Made by a program: the position numbers and the translations under genes
In this document: in pieces, positions 19,837-28,883 of the stretch
Position numbering within the stretch: the stretch's first letter is position 1
How the letters are laid out: each line of letters starts with the position of its first letter
IMG/VR virus record: IMGVR_UViG_3300038962_000175
Coordinates: 1-61,479 of that record
DNA: 61,479 nt
Reading direction: 5' to 3' (one strand)
Source: a virus
Taxonomy: Duplodnaviria; Caudoviricetes
The notes under the pieces: generated by a model
Seen by the model: only the letters and a program-made list of their open reading frames with translations
Told to the model about the DNA's origin: nothing
The model's database searches: none

Positions 19837-20689
19837 ATATTTCTTTCACTGTGCTTAAATTTGCGGTCATGTGATAGAGGTCTTGTTCTTCGGAAAGTTC
19901 CGTCACTTTTTCGACAACAAACTTTCCATTGCTTCCGTACAGTAGCTTGTGTAGTGAGCATTGCATGAAGTATGATTCGTTATCGTCTGATCTTACAAGG
20001 ATAACCTGTTTCATTTCCTCGTTTATATAATGGTTTATAGAGGAGAGATAGTCCTTTGCAAATTCATAACCAGATTTTGCTGCGGCGTAATATCCATTTT
20101 TTCCCGTTACGTCAAAAGCGCAATCAATGGCTCTCCATATCTCTGGAACATGTGTTTGGTCTTTTGTGCTTAGCTCATCAATAGATACATTGGAGCAAGT
20201 ATAAATAATACCAGTTCCTTCAAGATGGAAGTTAAGAGTATGTAGGATATCCATGTTGTTGGCAGAAGAACAGTTTGCCACAGTAACGTACAGCGGTTTT
20301 ATTCCCTGTCTCAATATGCTGGCGAGGCTATCTGACAGTCCAGAAATATCACAGGTTTCATCATAACCCAAAAATATTCCACATCTAATCTGCACCTCTC
20401 TACGAACCCTTTCTTCTCGGGACTCAGATAGATCGGTTGAATAGTAAAATAAGATATCATCCCACTCACTATCTCTATAGGCAGAACAGAATCTTTCTAC
20501 AACGTAAAATTCTTTTTCATCGTTCTGAGCCTCTAAAACGACAGTCCCGTTTTTTCTGAACTTTTCTAGACGCCCCATAGAACAATCTGTCTGAGTGTCC
20601 CCTACGAATTCAGCAAAAACACATTCGCAACAGGAAGTGGTTACTATTTCTTGTCCTGTCGCCTTTTTATTAGACGGAGTAAAACTCAT
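19802..20689 (-). CDS. Hypothetical protein with Cys-rich N-terminus and a possible degenerate GT-A domain
   Basis: CCECVF...DC...FC, then SLASILRQGIKP..VTV resembling a GT2 N-terminus. Confidence 0.45.
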   Translation of the reverse strand: MSFTPSNKKATGQEIVTTSCCECVFAEFVGDTQTDCSMGRLEKFRKNGTVVLEAQNDEKEFYVVERFCSAYRDSEWDDILFYYSTDLSESREERVRREVQIRCGIFLGYDETCDISGLSDSLASILRQGIKPLYVTVANCSSANNMDILHTLNFHLEGTGIIYTCSNVSIDELSTKDQTHVPEIWRAIDCAFDVTGKNGYYAAAKSGYEFAKDYLSSINHYINEEMKQVILVRSDDNESYFMQCSLHKLLYGSNGKFVVEKVTELSEEQDLYHMTANLSTVKEIYESSTSNNSSS

Positions 20690-21108
20690 AGTCTTATTGC
20701 CTCTACTACCATATTAAAATTATCAGACCTTTTCCTAGTTATCTTGAGTCCATGCTTGATTAGAATTTTTTCTAGTTCTGGGCGAGATATTTGACTTGTT
20801 CTGCCCTCGTATATGGTCTCATTAAACTTATTTATGTCTATTGCCTTTGAAACAAGCGCCTTACAAACCTCATCAATTTCAACCCCACCTAAAACAAGGG
20901 TGCATCCATGACGCATTTTTTTGATCCAACCGGAGATGAGTTCTTCTAAAGAAGATAAGGACACAAAATTAATAACGTCTGAAGCTATGATTTCAGTAGC
21001 CTCAGAATCTTCGACACCAGACATTGCGACAATATCGCCGCCAGAAGAAGCGTCGATGGTATGATACCCGGTGATATTATCACCCTTTACGGTTAAATAA
21101 ACTTTCAT
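20686..21108 (-). CDS. Small methyltransferase-like protein
   Basis: EIIASDVINF, WIKKMRHGCTL resemble the C-terminal half of class I MTases. Confidence 0.45.
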   Translation of the reverse strand: MKVYLTVKGDNITGYHTIDASSGGDIVAMSGVEDSEATEIIASDVINFVSLSSLEELISGWIKKMRHGCTLVLGGVEIDEVCKALVSKAIDINKFNETIYEGRTSQISRPELEKILIKHGLKITRKRSDNFNMVVEAIRL

Positions 21109-22130
21109 TAATTTACCCCTGTGTAAACCATATTGGACGCCTTTTTAAAAACAGCGTTCCATTGATTAACAAATGCTTCCTGTGAAAATTTTGTCGTAAT
21201 CGTTTTGCGAGCGTTCTCACCCATTTTTCTGGCTAAAGACGTATCGGACAGTAGCATGTTGATCTTTTCTACTGCTTGTTCGGGATCGTCGAATAGAAAT
21301 CCATTTTCACCATCTTGTATAAGCTCTGGAATGGCACAATTATTAGTTGAAACAACAGCGCATCCACAGGACATAGCCTCCATAAGAGACATTGGTATTG
21401 GAGAAAGTGTTGAGGTGTTAAGAAACACTTGTGAAGATCTGTAGAACTCTACTAGTTCTTCAACAGATTTTGCTGCCTCAGAGAGGCCGGGAGTATCTCC
21501 AACAACTTTGACTGGTATCTTGTCAGCAATTTGTTTCCATATACTAAACCCGCAGCAGTAGTCCCTATTCACCCAATCATTCACAACAGAAAGGGCATGA
21601 GGAACCCGCTCCTTTCGGTCTGGTGGAGAAAATTGAATAGTGTCAAGCCCATGGTATATTACGCATGAATCGGACCCGCCTATTCCCCACTGCTCCAAAT
21701 TATACTCTGTAATATATACATTTATATCTCCACGCATGCCTCTCATCATATAAAGATTGTCCGAAGACCATTCTTCAACGGGAAGGGTGTGCTCTAAGCT
21801 GACCAGAGGCAGTTGCAATCTTGTGGCAATCTGTTTGGAAATTTGAAACTGACCAAATTTACTCTGTGATAAAATTAGATCTACATCCAGATGCAATGGA
21901 ACTCTTAAGGTTTCGTCTGGGGATTTTAATATGTGGTAGTTTTCTGGGATGTCTCCGTAGTTTGTGTTCCACTCTTTACACCCAGTTGATGACAGGGCAT
22001 AAAAATTATGACCCGTTTTACACAGGAAGTTCTCGTATCTTTCATGTGTAACAAAGGTTAGTATATTAAGAGGATCACCTTCCTTCTTTGTGGCTGCTCT
22101 TATTATGGTTGAAACCGCACTAGAGGGCAT
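21108..22130 (-). CDS. GT4 glycosyltransferase
   Basis: SLMEAMSCGCAVV, ELIQDGENGFL. Confidence 0.88.
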   Translation of the reverse strand: MPSSAVSTIIRAATKKEGDPLNILTFVTHERYENFLCKTGHNFYALSSTGCKEWNTNYGDIPENYHILKSPDETLRVPLHLDVDLILSQSKFGQFQISKQIATRLQLPLVSLEHTLPVEEWSSDNLYMMRGMRGDINVYITEYNLEQWGIGGSDSCVIYHGLDTIQFSPPDRKERVPHALSVVNDWVNRDYCCGFSIWKQIADKIPVKVVGDTPGLSEAAKSVEELVEFYRSSQVFLNTSTLSPIPMSLMEAMSCGCAVVSTNNCAIPELIQDGENGFLFDDPEQAVEKINMLLSDTSLARKMGENARKTITTKFSQEAFVNQWNAVFKKASNMVYTGVN

Positions 22131-23253
22131 CTTCTATCCCCCTCTTCATAAGCTCCCCAACTGTCTGATAGGAATAGTTATACACAGACTTACGGCCATG
22201 GTCTTTTATTTTCATATATTCACTGTCATCGTGTGAATATGAGTCGTATACGTATCTCATTTCTGATTGTAGGTATCTTATATCTATGCTGCACCAGTTT
22301 TCTCTTCCTGTATATATGTCATGGAAGGTTTCGGTCATTCCAAAAACTGGCTCTGAGTTTCCCTCAACAAGAAAGCCTCCACCACCCTTTAAGAACTCAC
22401 TCATTCCTCCCACATTTGTGCATATCGGTGTTTTGCCGAACCCCATAGCGTTAAAGGCTGGTATGCACCAAGCTTCGCCAAAGCTAGGCATTACGAAACA
22501 GTCGCACGAGGCGTGCAGCCCCATCATTTGTTCGTCGCTCAGCCTTTGGGTGATTATGATTTCCTTACTGTAGTCATCTATATTTTTATACAGCTTCAGA
22601 TTATTTTTAACTTGTGAACACATTTCTGAAATATGTTTATAACATTCCTCAGAGGACAGATTAGACTTGTTTGTTTTGATAACAAGCGAAACAAGCTCGT
22701 TAGGCGAAAACTCTAAATGGAATGCTTTTATAAGTGCTACAAGATTTTTTCTTCTTATTGCCTCACCAATAAAATAAAACGTAAACGTATTCTCTATTTC
22801 AGGGATGTCTAGTGGTGAATATGTACGCTCAAACCTAGAGATGTCTGATGGTATTGGTACGATTTTTAGTGGTATTTTGACACCGCTATATATTGAGGCA
22901 TCCAAGCTTTGTTGGCAAGAGACCCATCCTTCATCAAGCTGATTGATCCTGTTTGGCCAAGGGGAGTATTCAAAAGACGAAGTTTCTGTAAAATACAGAC
23001 CTATATTCTTTTTGAATGAAGAGTTGTACTCCATGTGGTGTGGTAATACGTGTTGTATACATACGTCACAGCCAGAAGAATCCTTAGATTCTAGCTCTAA
23101 AATTCTGTTTGGTAAATCTGGATTATTGTTGTTAAGTTTTACCGGTCTACATACAACATCAACTCCAACACTGTCCAAGGCTAAGATATAGTCTATAGCA
23201 GAATTTCCCCAGCCTGTTCCTTCTCTATAGCATCCTATGTATAATACTTTCAT
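22120..23253 (-). CDS. GT4 glycosyltransferase
   Basis: RRKNL..LIKAF, CDCFVMPSFGEAWCIP. Confidence 0.88.
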   Translation of the reverse strand: MKVLYIGCYREGTGWGNSAIDYILALDSVGVDVVCRPVKLNNNNPDLPNRILELESKDSSGCDVCIQHVLPHHMEYNSSFKKNIGLYFTETSSFEYSPWPNRINQLDEGWVSCQQSLDASIYSGVKIPLKIVPIPSDISRFERTYSPLDIPEIENTFTFYFIGEAIRRKNLVALIKAFHLEFSPNELVSLVIKTNKSNLSSEECYKHISEMCSQVKNNLKLYKNIDDYSKEIIITQRLSDEQMMGLHASCDCFVMPSFGEAWCIPAFNAMGFGKTPICTNVGGMSEFLKGGGGFLVEGNSEPVFGMTETFHDIYTGRENWCSIDIRYLQSEMRYVYDSYSHDDSEYMKIKDHGRKSVYNYSYQTVGELMKRGIEDAL

Positions 23254-24911
23254 CTACTCACCACCTTGTCAAAGCTCCAGTGAGGCTTAGATCGAATTTT
23301 TTCCCAATAGTTCTTTCTTTCCGCAAGAATTAACATCTCTTTATACGCATCCTCTTCCACAAATCTTTTATTTTTGGGACTGGTTGACAATAGTGATCCA
23401 TCATTGTAGTAAGTCCCCCCATGCCCCTCAGTCGAAACCCCATAATTAAGGTCTCTTACAAGCCTAGATGACATGTATGAGTTAAGTTTAGTGGTGTCTC
23501 CCAAAACATTTATGATTAACCAGTCTACGAAAGTTTTGGTATCTAAGCCATCGGGGTATTCACGTGATGGTTCATGTATGTTGGGAGGAGAGTCCCAAGT
23601 TTCTTTTTCGCTTCTCAACTCAGCAGCATCAAAAAGCTCTTCCCACTTCTTAGCACTAGTATCCCAGTTGTAATTTTTTTCAAAAGCTTTCCTTGCCTGA
23701 AATCCCATATTGCTTCTCACAGCCTTTGGTTGTGCGCAAAATTCGATCAGTTTGTCAACAAAGAAATCGTTGTCTGGAACCGCTCGCATGCATCCGGTTT
23801 CAAGTTCTCTGTATTTTGTGATAGGTCTCAAGGGGGTTCCATCAATTTTTCTTATTACACTGCTCATTGCGGAATAATCAATAGACATAACTGGCACACC
23901 GCATGCAGCCGCCTCCACCTGTGGTAAGCCAAACCCTTCACTATTTGCATATTGAACATACAGATCAAAAGAGTTCATTATTTGAGCAAGAACCTCTGTT
24001 GAAACGCCCTCTCTTGGATTGGTTAGTTTTGCATGATATCTATGGCAGTGCTTACACTCTGTCAAAGCGTCGTGCAAAAAGGAAGGAAATGCAGAACCAC
24101 AATTACTACATATGTACGTTAACAGGACACGAGTAGATAAACCATTTTTAAGGATTAGTTCCGGTATGTTCCAGCCAACATCTGGATAGGTCGTATGACA
24201 GTAAAGATACACGTTTGTTTTTTTAGACTTTTCTAAAAACTTTCCGAATGCACTAAATAAATCTGGAAAAAGTTTTCTTCTCTGATTTCTCATCACCGTG
24301 CCAATGATGATACTATCCTCTTTTAATCCAAGAGAAGATTTGTGGGCATCCTTGTTGGCTACTGGTGTATAAGCCGCTTGTGCTGCTGGTGGCGCTATGT
24401 CTAGGCAGTTGACTTTTCCGCCGCTCTCGTCGTTAAGAATGTTGCGACCCCAGTCCGAATATGAAAGAACCGCATCGGCACTAGAGAATGTTGATAGCCA
24501 CTGGGGATGTTGAGGGGCGGCGTCTACCGTAGGCATTATGAACCAGTGAAAAAATCTCCTGAAAGGAGATCTTTCTTCAAACTCCATCATCCAGAAGTCT
24601 CTTATGTCACATACTATGTCCGGTCTGAAATCTAAACAAACCTCTTCAAATCTCCACTCGCCAAACTGGTTTGTTACATTGCTGTTGTAGTCATTAACAG
24701 CGTCGTGGTCATTTATGTCTGGCATATTTGGGTAGATTTTCCAAGGAGAAAGAGCAATCTCTTTGTCGTCTGGCTTACCATAACCCCCGAGTTCCGCTAT
24801 TTCGTACTTGCCGGTTTTATACAGCCGGGTTATTATCTCATTCCAATACGTGGAATATCCAGTATTTAGGTATGTGGCTTCGCCACAAAACAGTATCCTT
24901 TTTTTTCTCAT
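23250..24911 (-). CDS. GT4 glycosyltransferase with zinc-ribbon insertion
   Basis: RNQRRK, SEGFGLPQVEAAACGVP; CSNC...CKHC insert. Confidence 0.88.
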   Translation of the reverse strand: MRKKRILFCGEATYLNTGYSTYWNEIITRLYKTGKYEIAELGGYGKPDDKEIALSPWKIYPNMPDINDHDAVNDYNSNVTNQFGEWRFEEVCLDFRPDIVCDIRDFWMMEFEERSPFRRFFHWFIMPTVDAAPQHPQWLSTFSSADAVLSYSDWGRNILNDESGGKVNCLDIAPPAAQAAYTPVANKDAHKSSLGLKEDSIIIGTVMRNQRRKLFPDLFSAFGKFLEKSKKTNVYLYCHTTYPDVGWNIPELILKNGLSTRVLLTYICSNCGSAFPSFLHDALTECKHCHRYHAKLTNPREGVSTEVLAQIMNSFDLYVQYANSEGFGLPQVEAAACGVPVMSIDYSAMSSVIRKIDGTPLRPITKYRELETGCMRAVPDNDFFVDKLIEFCAQPKAVRSNMGFQARKAFEKNYNWDTSAKKWEELFDAAELRSEKETWDSPPNIHEPSREYPDGLDTKTFVDWLIINVLGDTTKLNSYMSSRLVRDLNYGVSTEGHGGTYYNDGSLLSTSPKNKRFVEEDAYKEMLILAERKNYWEKIRSKPHWSFDKVVSR

Positions 24912-25378
24912 TTATTCGCTTCACAGATTTTATTAAAAACTCTCTTCGCAAGCTCTTTTGTATAGCTTTTAGAATAGTGTAATTCTTCTGCGATTTCCTT
25001 GTATGAGTAGTTGTCTCTTTTCATATAGAGAAGAGTTAATTCTTGCTCGCTAAGACTGCTTGGGGTATATTCCCAGAAAGAATCAACAGGATTATACTCG
25101 ACAATGTTTTCTAAAGAGGCGTTGGAGGCTCTCTTCTTTTTATTTTTATTAACATATTTAATGATTTCATTTCTTATGCAAACAGTTGCGTAAGTAGATA
25201 ATTTACTTAGCTCTGGATTATGCTTCCTGATTGCCTTAACCAACCCTATCAGTCCGACTTGAATATAGTCTTCTAGGTCTTGGTTATATGTTTTTGAGAA
25301 CGAAAGAGCTTGAGAAACAACAAGTCCGTAATTTTCTTTTACTCTTTCGTTTTCAGTTTCAGATGGATTATATCTCAT
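24908..25378 (-). CDS. Minimal sigma-70-family RNA polymerase sigma factor (regions 2 and 4)
   Basis: EDYIQVGLIGLVKA...LSTYATVCIRNEI; LSEQE...SYKEIAEEL. Confidence 0.9.
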   Translation of the reverse strand: MRYNPSETENERVKENYGLVVSQALSFSKTYNQDLEDYIQVGLIGLVKAIRKHNPELSKLSTYATVCIRNEIIKYVNKNKKKRASNASLENIVEYNPVDSFWEYTPSSLSEQELTLLYMKRDNYSYKEIAEELHYSKSYTKELAKRVFNKICEANK

Positions 25379-25752
25379 ATATCGTCTGTGGCTAGAACTT
25401 TTTGGTTCTTATCTTTTTCTAATTCGGAATAGTTGCCGTTGCTTAGCAGGTAGAATTTGTTAACTCTAAATTTGATTGCCGATCTTCTGTTTCCGGTTTT
25501 GTCTTCCCATTTTTCCTGACGTGCGGAACAGCTTAAGACAATTCTATCCCCCTTTTTGCAGTGCTTTGCAATTGTTGTTGCTCCTGTATCCCAAGCTACG
25601 AAATCTAGAAAATCCACACTCTTTGTCTTTGTTCCATCCTTAGATTTTCTATACTCGTTTATAGCCAATGTAAAATCAATTACATCTACTCCGTTAGCAT
25701 CCTTTAGTTCTGGGTCTTTGACAAATCTTCCCATGAAATTACAAGAGTTCAT
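25375..25752 (-). CDS. ssb: Single-stranded DNA-binding protein
   Basis: MN...GR..KDPEL, FTLA, AW...A, KGD, WEDKTG.RRS. Confidence 0.92.
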   Translation of the reverse strand: MNSCNFMGRFVKDPELKDANGVDVIDFTLAINEYRKSKDGTKTKSVDFLDFVAWDTGATTIAKHCKKGDRIVLSCSARQEKWEDKTGNRRSAIKFRVNKFYLLSNGNYSELEKDKNQKVLATDDI

Positions 25753-25764
25753 AACAAAATCTCC

Positions 25765-26316
25765 TTAAACAAACGAGTCTTTTAAAAGACGGTAACCGTG
25801 CTCCACTTTATTTTTTTCCGCTAGATCGGAATAGTCGGCGGAATCAGATAAATTCATGTAGTAAACTTCTGCTAGTTTTTCTTCAAGCAAAATATCCTCT
25901 TCTGTCTCTGGAGGAGTAAGTATATCTACAAACCCTCCTACGTCAGGAATCTCCTCTCCGTTACTGTCACAAAAAAGTATCAGTGATATCGGAAGCCCTA
26001 TGGCCAAGGTGCTTTTTAAAATATCATTAAAGATAATTATCCTTCTAGAGTAGGCCGGGCAATCTAAATGTAAACTTTTTTCTTCCACTAGATCGAGATC
26101 ACCTTTACTTGAAGGAAACCCAGATCTAAAATAGAGTATACCATCTCCTTCAATCGAATACAAGCATGTTTTTCCATCAATCCAAGGCTTTATAGCGGTT
26201 CTCTCTGGGAATTCTGCTATACAATTTTTTTTGTCGGGACTGGTGAAAACTCTGACATAATAATCGTTTTTTTTGAAAAAGTTTTTTATCTGCTCTTTGA
26301 AATTTTCTGACACCAT
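25765..26316 (-). CDS. Hypothetical protein
   Basis: 183-aa ORF in operon orientation; no motif recognised. Confidence 0.6.
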   Translation of the reverse strand: MVSENFKEQIKNFFKKNDYYVRVFTSPDKKNCIAEFPERTAIKPWIDGKTCLYSIEGDGILYFRSGFPSSKGDLDLVEEKSLHLDCPAYSRRIIIFNDILKSTLAIGLPISLILFCDSNGEEIPDVGGFVDILTPPETEEDILLEEKLAEVYYMNLSDSADYSDLAEKNKVEHGYRLLKDSFV

Positions 26317-26319
26317 TAT

Positions 26320-26348
26320 ATTATATACTGGTTATATAGATTTTACAA
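26320..26348 (-). promoter_or_regulatory. Candidate sigma-70-type promoter
   Basis: Minus strand TTGTAA-N17-TATAAT in one of the few intergenic gaps; the -10 ends 3 nt before the annotated ATG. Confidence 0.5.
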
Positions 26349-26351
26349 CAG

Positions 26352-28007
26352 TTAAATTTGTAAAACTTTTTCTACAACCAGTCCATCCCTCCCTTTTGAA
26401 GTTTCGCCACACAGTAAAACTGTATTGCCTTCTGTTAACAAGCTTTTGTATTTTTCCCAACCCTCTGGAAAAATAACGACGGAATCTGCCTCGGAGCTTC
26501 CGTCCTCCACGCTAAGAAAGGCCATTTTTTTACCTTTCATCTTACCCTTTGCTATCACCCACTCGCGACAAGACTTAACCTCAACGCCAAGGGTTAGTTT
26601 TCCCTTCTTGCCATCTACAAGTTCTTTGCAGGTCGTATTAACAGAAGTCGTGTCACAGGAATCTACCTTACAATAAGAGAGCGGCACTCCAAGGAGTCGC
26701 TCCTCTTCCATAACGATCTCGTTTGGATAGTCCTCTAGGGAGTAGGGGGGAGAGTCTAGTTGAAGAATCAGGTCTTCTACAATAGCTTTTCTATTCTTAT
26801 TGGAAGTCCCTCCCCCCTCCTTCTTTGTTGGAGATAGGATCCTCATCGCTGAAACGAGACGTTCTTCATCCTGACAGTTCAAAGATATCCACTCCTTCTC
26901 TTTTTTTGTAAGGACGCTCCATGTTTCGAACTCATAAACACATTCTTTCCTGCTGATTTTACTGTTAGTAAATTCGGAAAGAGCGCCCACATGTATAAGC
27001 GACTCCATAACTTTAGAGCTAATTTTGTCAGAGATATTTATAAGAAACTTATACCAAGTCATCTCGCCAGCAAAAAGGTTTTGGTTCTTATATTCTTTCA
27101 TAACCTTTATAAGCTTGTCTACGTGGTTCTTGCCTATGTATTTTATATCCCCTATACCAAAGCTGACAGATTCGTCATGTATCTTAAATGATTTATTCAA
27201 GTTACCTATGCTTGGAGACTGTACGGTCACACCACTAGACCGAGCGTCAGACACTAGATCTCTTATCTCTTGCTGCGGGTCTGGCTTACCACCCGAGTAA
27301 TACAGATAGCTACAGTAGAAATCCAAAGGGAAATGTGATTTGCAATAAGCAGACCAATAGCCACAAATAGCATAAGAAACAGCATGGGACTTATTAAAAG
27401 CGTAACGATTAGATTTTTCAATCCACCCGAATATCTCCTCCGCTGTTTCTCTAGACACAACACCTTTGTCATCCGCTCCTGTTAGGAAGGAATCTTTTAC
27501 CTCAGACATAAGGTCGGCCTTTTTCTTGCCGATTGCCTTTCTTAGATTGTCTGCTTCCCGAAGACTGAATCCTGCAATGACCTGAGCAATTTTCATAGAC
27601 TGCTCTTGGTACACAAGAACGCCCTGAGTGGATTTAAGTATAGGTTCCAGAGAATCATGAAGGTATGACACCTCCTCTTTTTTATGTTTACGATCTACAT
27701 AGTGTTGGGTCATTGACTTTCCATCTACTATAGCCTTAAGACATCCGGGTCTTAGAAGAGCAGACAGGGCAGCTAAGTCCTCAATGCTTCGAGGTTTTAA
27801 TCTCTTAGCCCAAGATCTTCCAAGCTGGCTTTCTAGCTGAAAAACCCCTTTAGTTTTTCCCTCACATATTAAATCCCAAGTTCTTTCACAATCGTAATTC
27901 ACATTCAGCATGTTTAAGTCAATGATGGGTAGACCGTCCTCTTTTTTCTGGGACGGGTCTCCATCTATGTCAAACTCACATCCACACTCAAACGTATAAA
28001 TTGCCAT
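26352..28007 (-). CDS. dnaE: DNA polymerase III alpha, C-terminal part (fingers, HhH, OB)
   Basis: GVFQLES, LRPG, VYQEQ, ADNLRKAIGKKK, YAFNKSHA, KMAF..ED OB fold. Start 28007 or 28025. Confidence 0.93.
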   Translation of the reverse strand: MAIYTFECGCEFDIDGDPSQKKEDGLPIIDLNMLNVNYDCERTWDLICEGKTKGVFQLESQLGRSWAKRLKPRSIEDLAALSALLRPGCLKAIVDGKSMTQHYVDRKHKKEEVSYLHDSLEPILKSTQGVLVYQEQSMKIAQVIAGFSLREADNLRKAIGKKKADLMSEVKDSFLTGADDKGVVSRETAEEIFGWIEKSNRYAFNKSHAVSYAICGYWSAYCKSHFPLDFYCSYLYYSGGKPDPQQEIRDLVSDARSSGVTVQSPSIGNLNKSFKIHDESVSFGIGDIKYIGKNHVDKLIKVMKEYKNQNLFAGEMTWYKFLINISDKISSKVMESLIHVGALSEFTNSKISRKECVYEFETWSVLTKKEKEWISLNCQDEERLVSAMRILSPTKKEGGGTSNKNRKAIVEDLILQLDSPPYSLEDYPNEIVMEEERLLGVPLSYCKVDSCDTTSVNTTCKELVDGKKGKLTLGVEVKSCREWVIAKGKMKGKKMAFLSVEDGSSEADSVVIFPEGWEKYKSLLTEGNTVLLCGETSKGRDGLVVEKVLQI

Positions 28008-28671
28008 CGGCAAAAGCCTTTTCAAATTTAGTTCTTGATGCCAGACTTCTCTGGAACTTCATAAACCTTATCATTATGTTTGCGGTATCTTTAACATCCT
28101 GAAGTGCATCGTGAGCATTTTCATCCGACAAACCCATGTAATCCCGCATATTATCCATACTAATAGATTTTATGTCGGGATTGTTTTCCGTCCATAGAAA
28201 CATCATGTCCATAACATCAATTTTGTTTACCTTACTAAACAATTTTTGATGTCCGGTCTTTTCGTTTAGAGGCCCATATTCTCTGCACAATCTATCAACA
28301 ATTATCATGTCAAAACCATTGATATTGTATCCAGCAGGTATCGGAGCATACCACTGGGTCTTTTTAAAATTATATTTGTCAACAAACTTTGTAAATTTTT
28401 TCCACACCTGTTTTGGATGAGGAGCTTTTGCTAGACCTTCTCTTGTCTTCTTTGTTAACTCTAAAGCTTCATCCTCTAGAGGGTCTAGTCCTTGTTTGAT
28501 AGCCTCTTCGTCATCTAATATAGGACGAATCTCGCTATTGAAAAACCCTCCGGGTTGAACTGTTAGCTTTCTTCCATGTATTGCAACTGCTGCTATTTGT
28601 GTGGGTTGTGTCTTTTCTGGGTTGACAGAACCGGTTTCAAAATCAAATACAATTATATCTCTATAGTTCAT
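27988..28671 (-). CDS. DEDDh 3'-5' exonuclease (DnaQ/epsilon-like)
   Basis: FDFETG (Exo I), GYNINGFD (Exo II), HDALQD (Exo III). Confidence 0.92.
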   Translation of the reverse strand: MNYRDIIVFDFETGSVNPEKTQPTQIAAVAIHGRKLTVQPGGFFNSEIRPILDDEEAIKQGLDPLEDEALELTKKTREGLAKAPHPKQVWKKFTKFVDKYNFKKTQWYAPIPAGYNINGFDMIIVDRLCREYGPLNEKTGHQKLFSKVNKIDVMDMMFLWTENNPDIKSISMDNMRDYMGLSDENAHDALQDVKDTANIMIRFMKFQRSLASRTKFEKAFADGNLYV

Positions 28672-28883
28672 GAAATCTTGCCTTTTATCTCCAAAAATTT
28701 GTCTATGGCATCAAAAGGACTCTTGTACATCATGCTAAATTTGGCTTTTCTATTATCAGAATGAACCTGATACAAATCAGTCTTGACAGTTCTTGTGTAA
28801 TGATTGTTTATCCTGCAAAGAGATAAATCGTTACACTCTATAGAACAGCCATCTAAAAGCACTTCACTGTAATGTTTCTTCAT
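28668..28883 (-). CDS. Hypothetical protein
   Basis: 71-aa ORF overlapping both neighbours. Confidence 0.6.
   Translation of the reverse strand: MKKHYSEVLLDGCSIECNDLSLCRINNHYTRTVKTDLYQVHSDNRKAKFSMMYKSPFDAIDKFLEIKGKIS

Noticed and set aside
1-24911. Ordinary bacterial O-antigen or capsule locus
   Set aside because: No flippase, polymerase, exporter or initiating transferase is visible, and the block is fused to a phage-type replication operon. Not fully excluded, because the island runs off the left edge.
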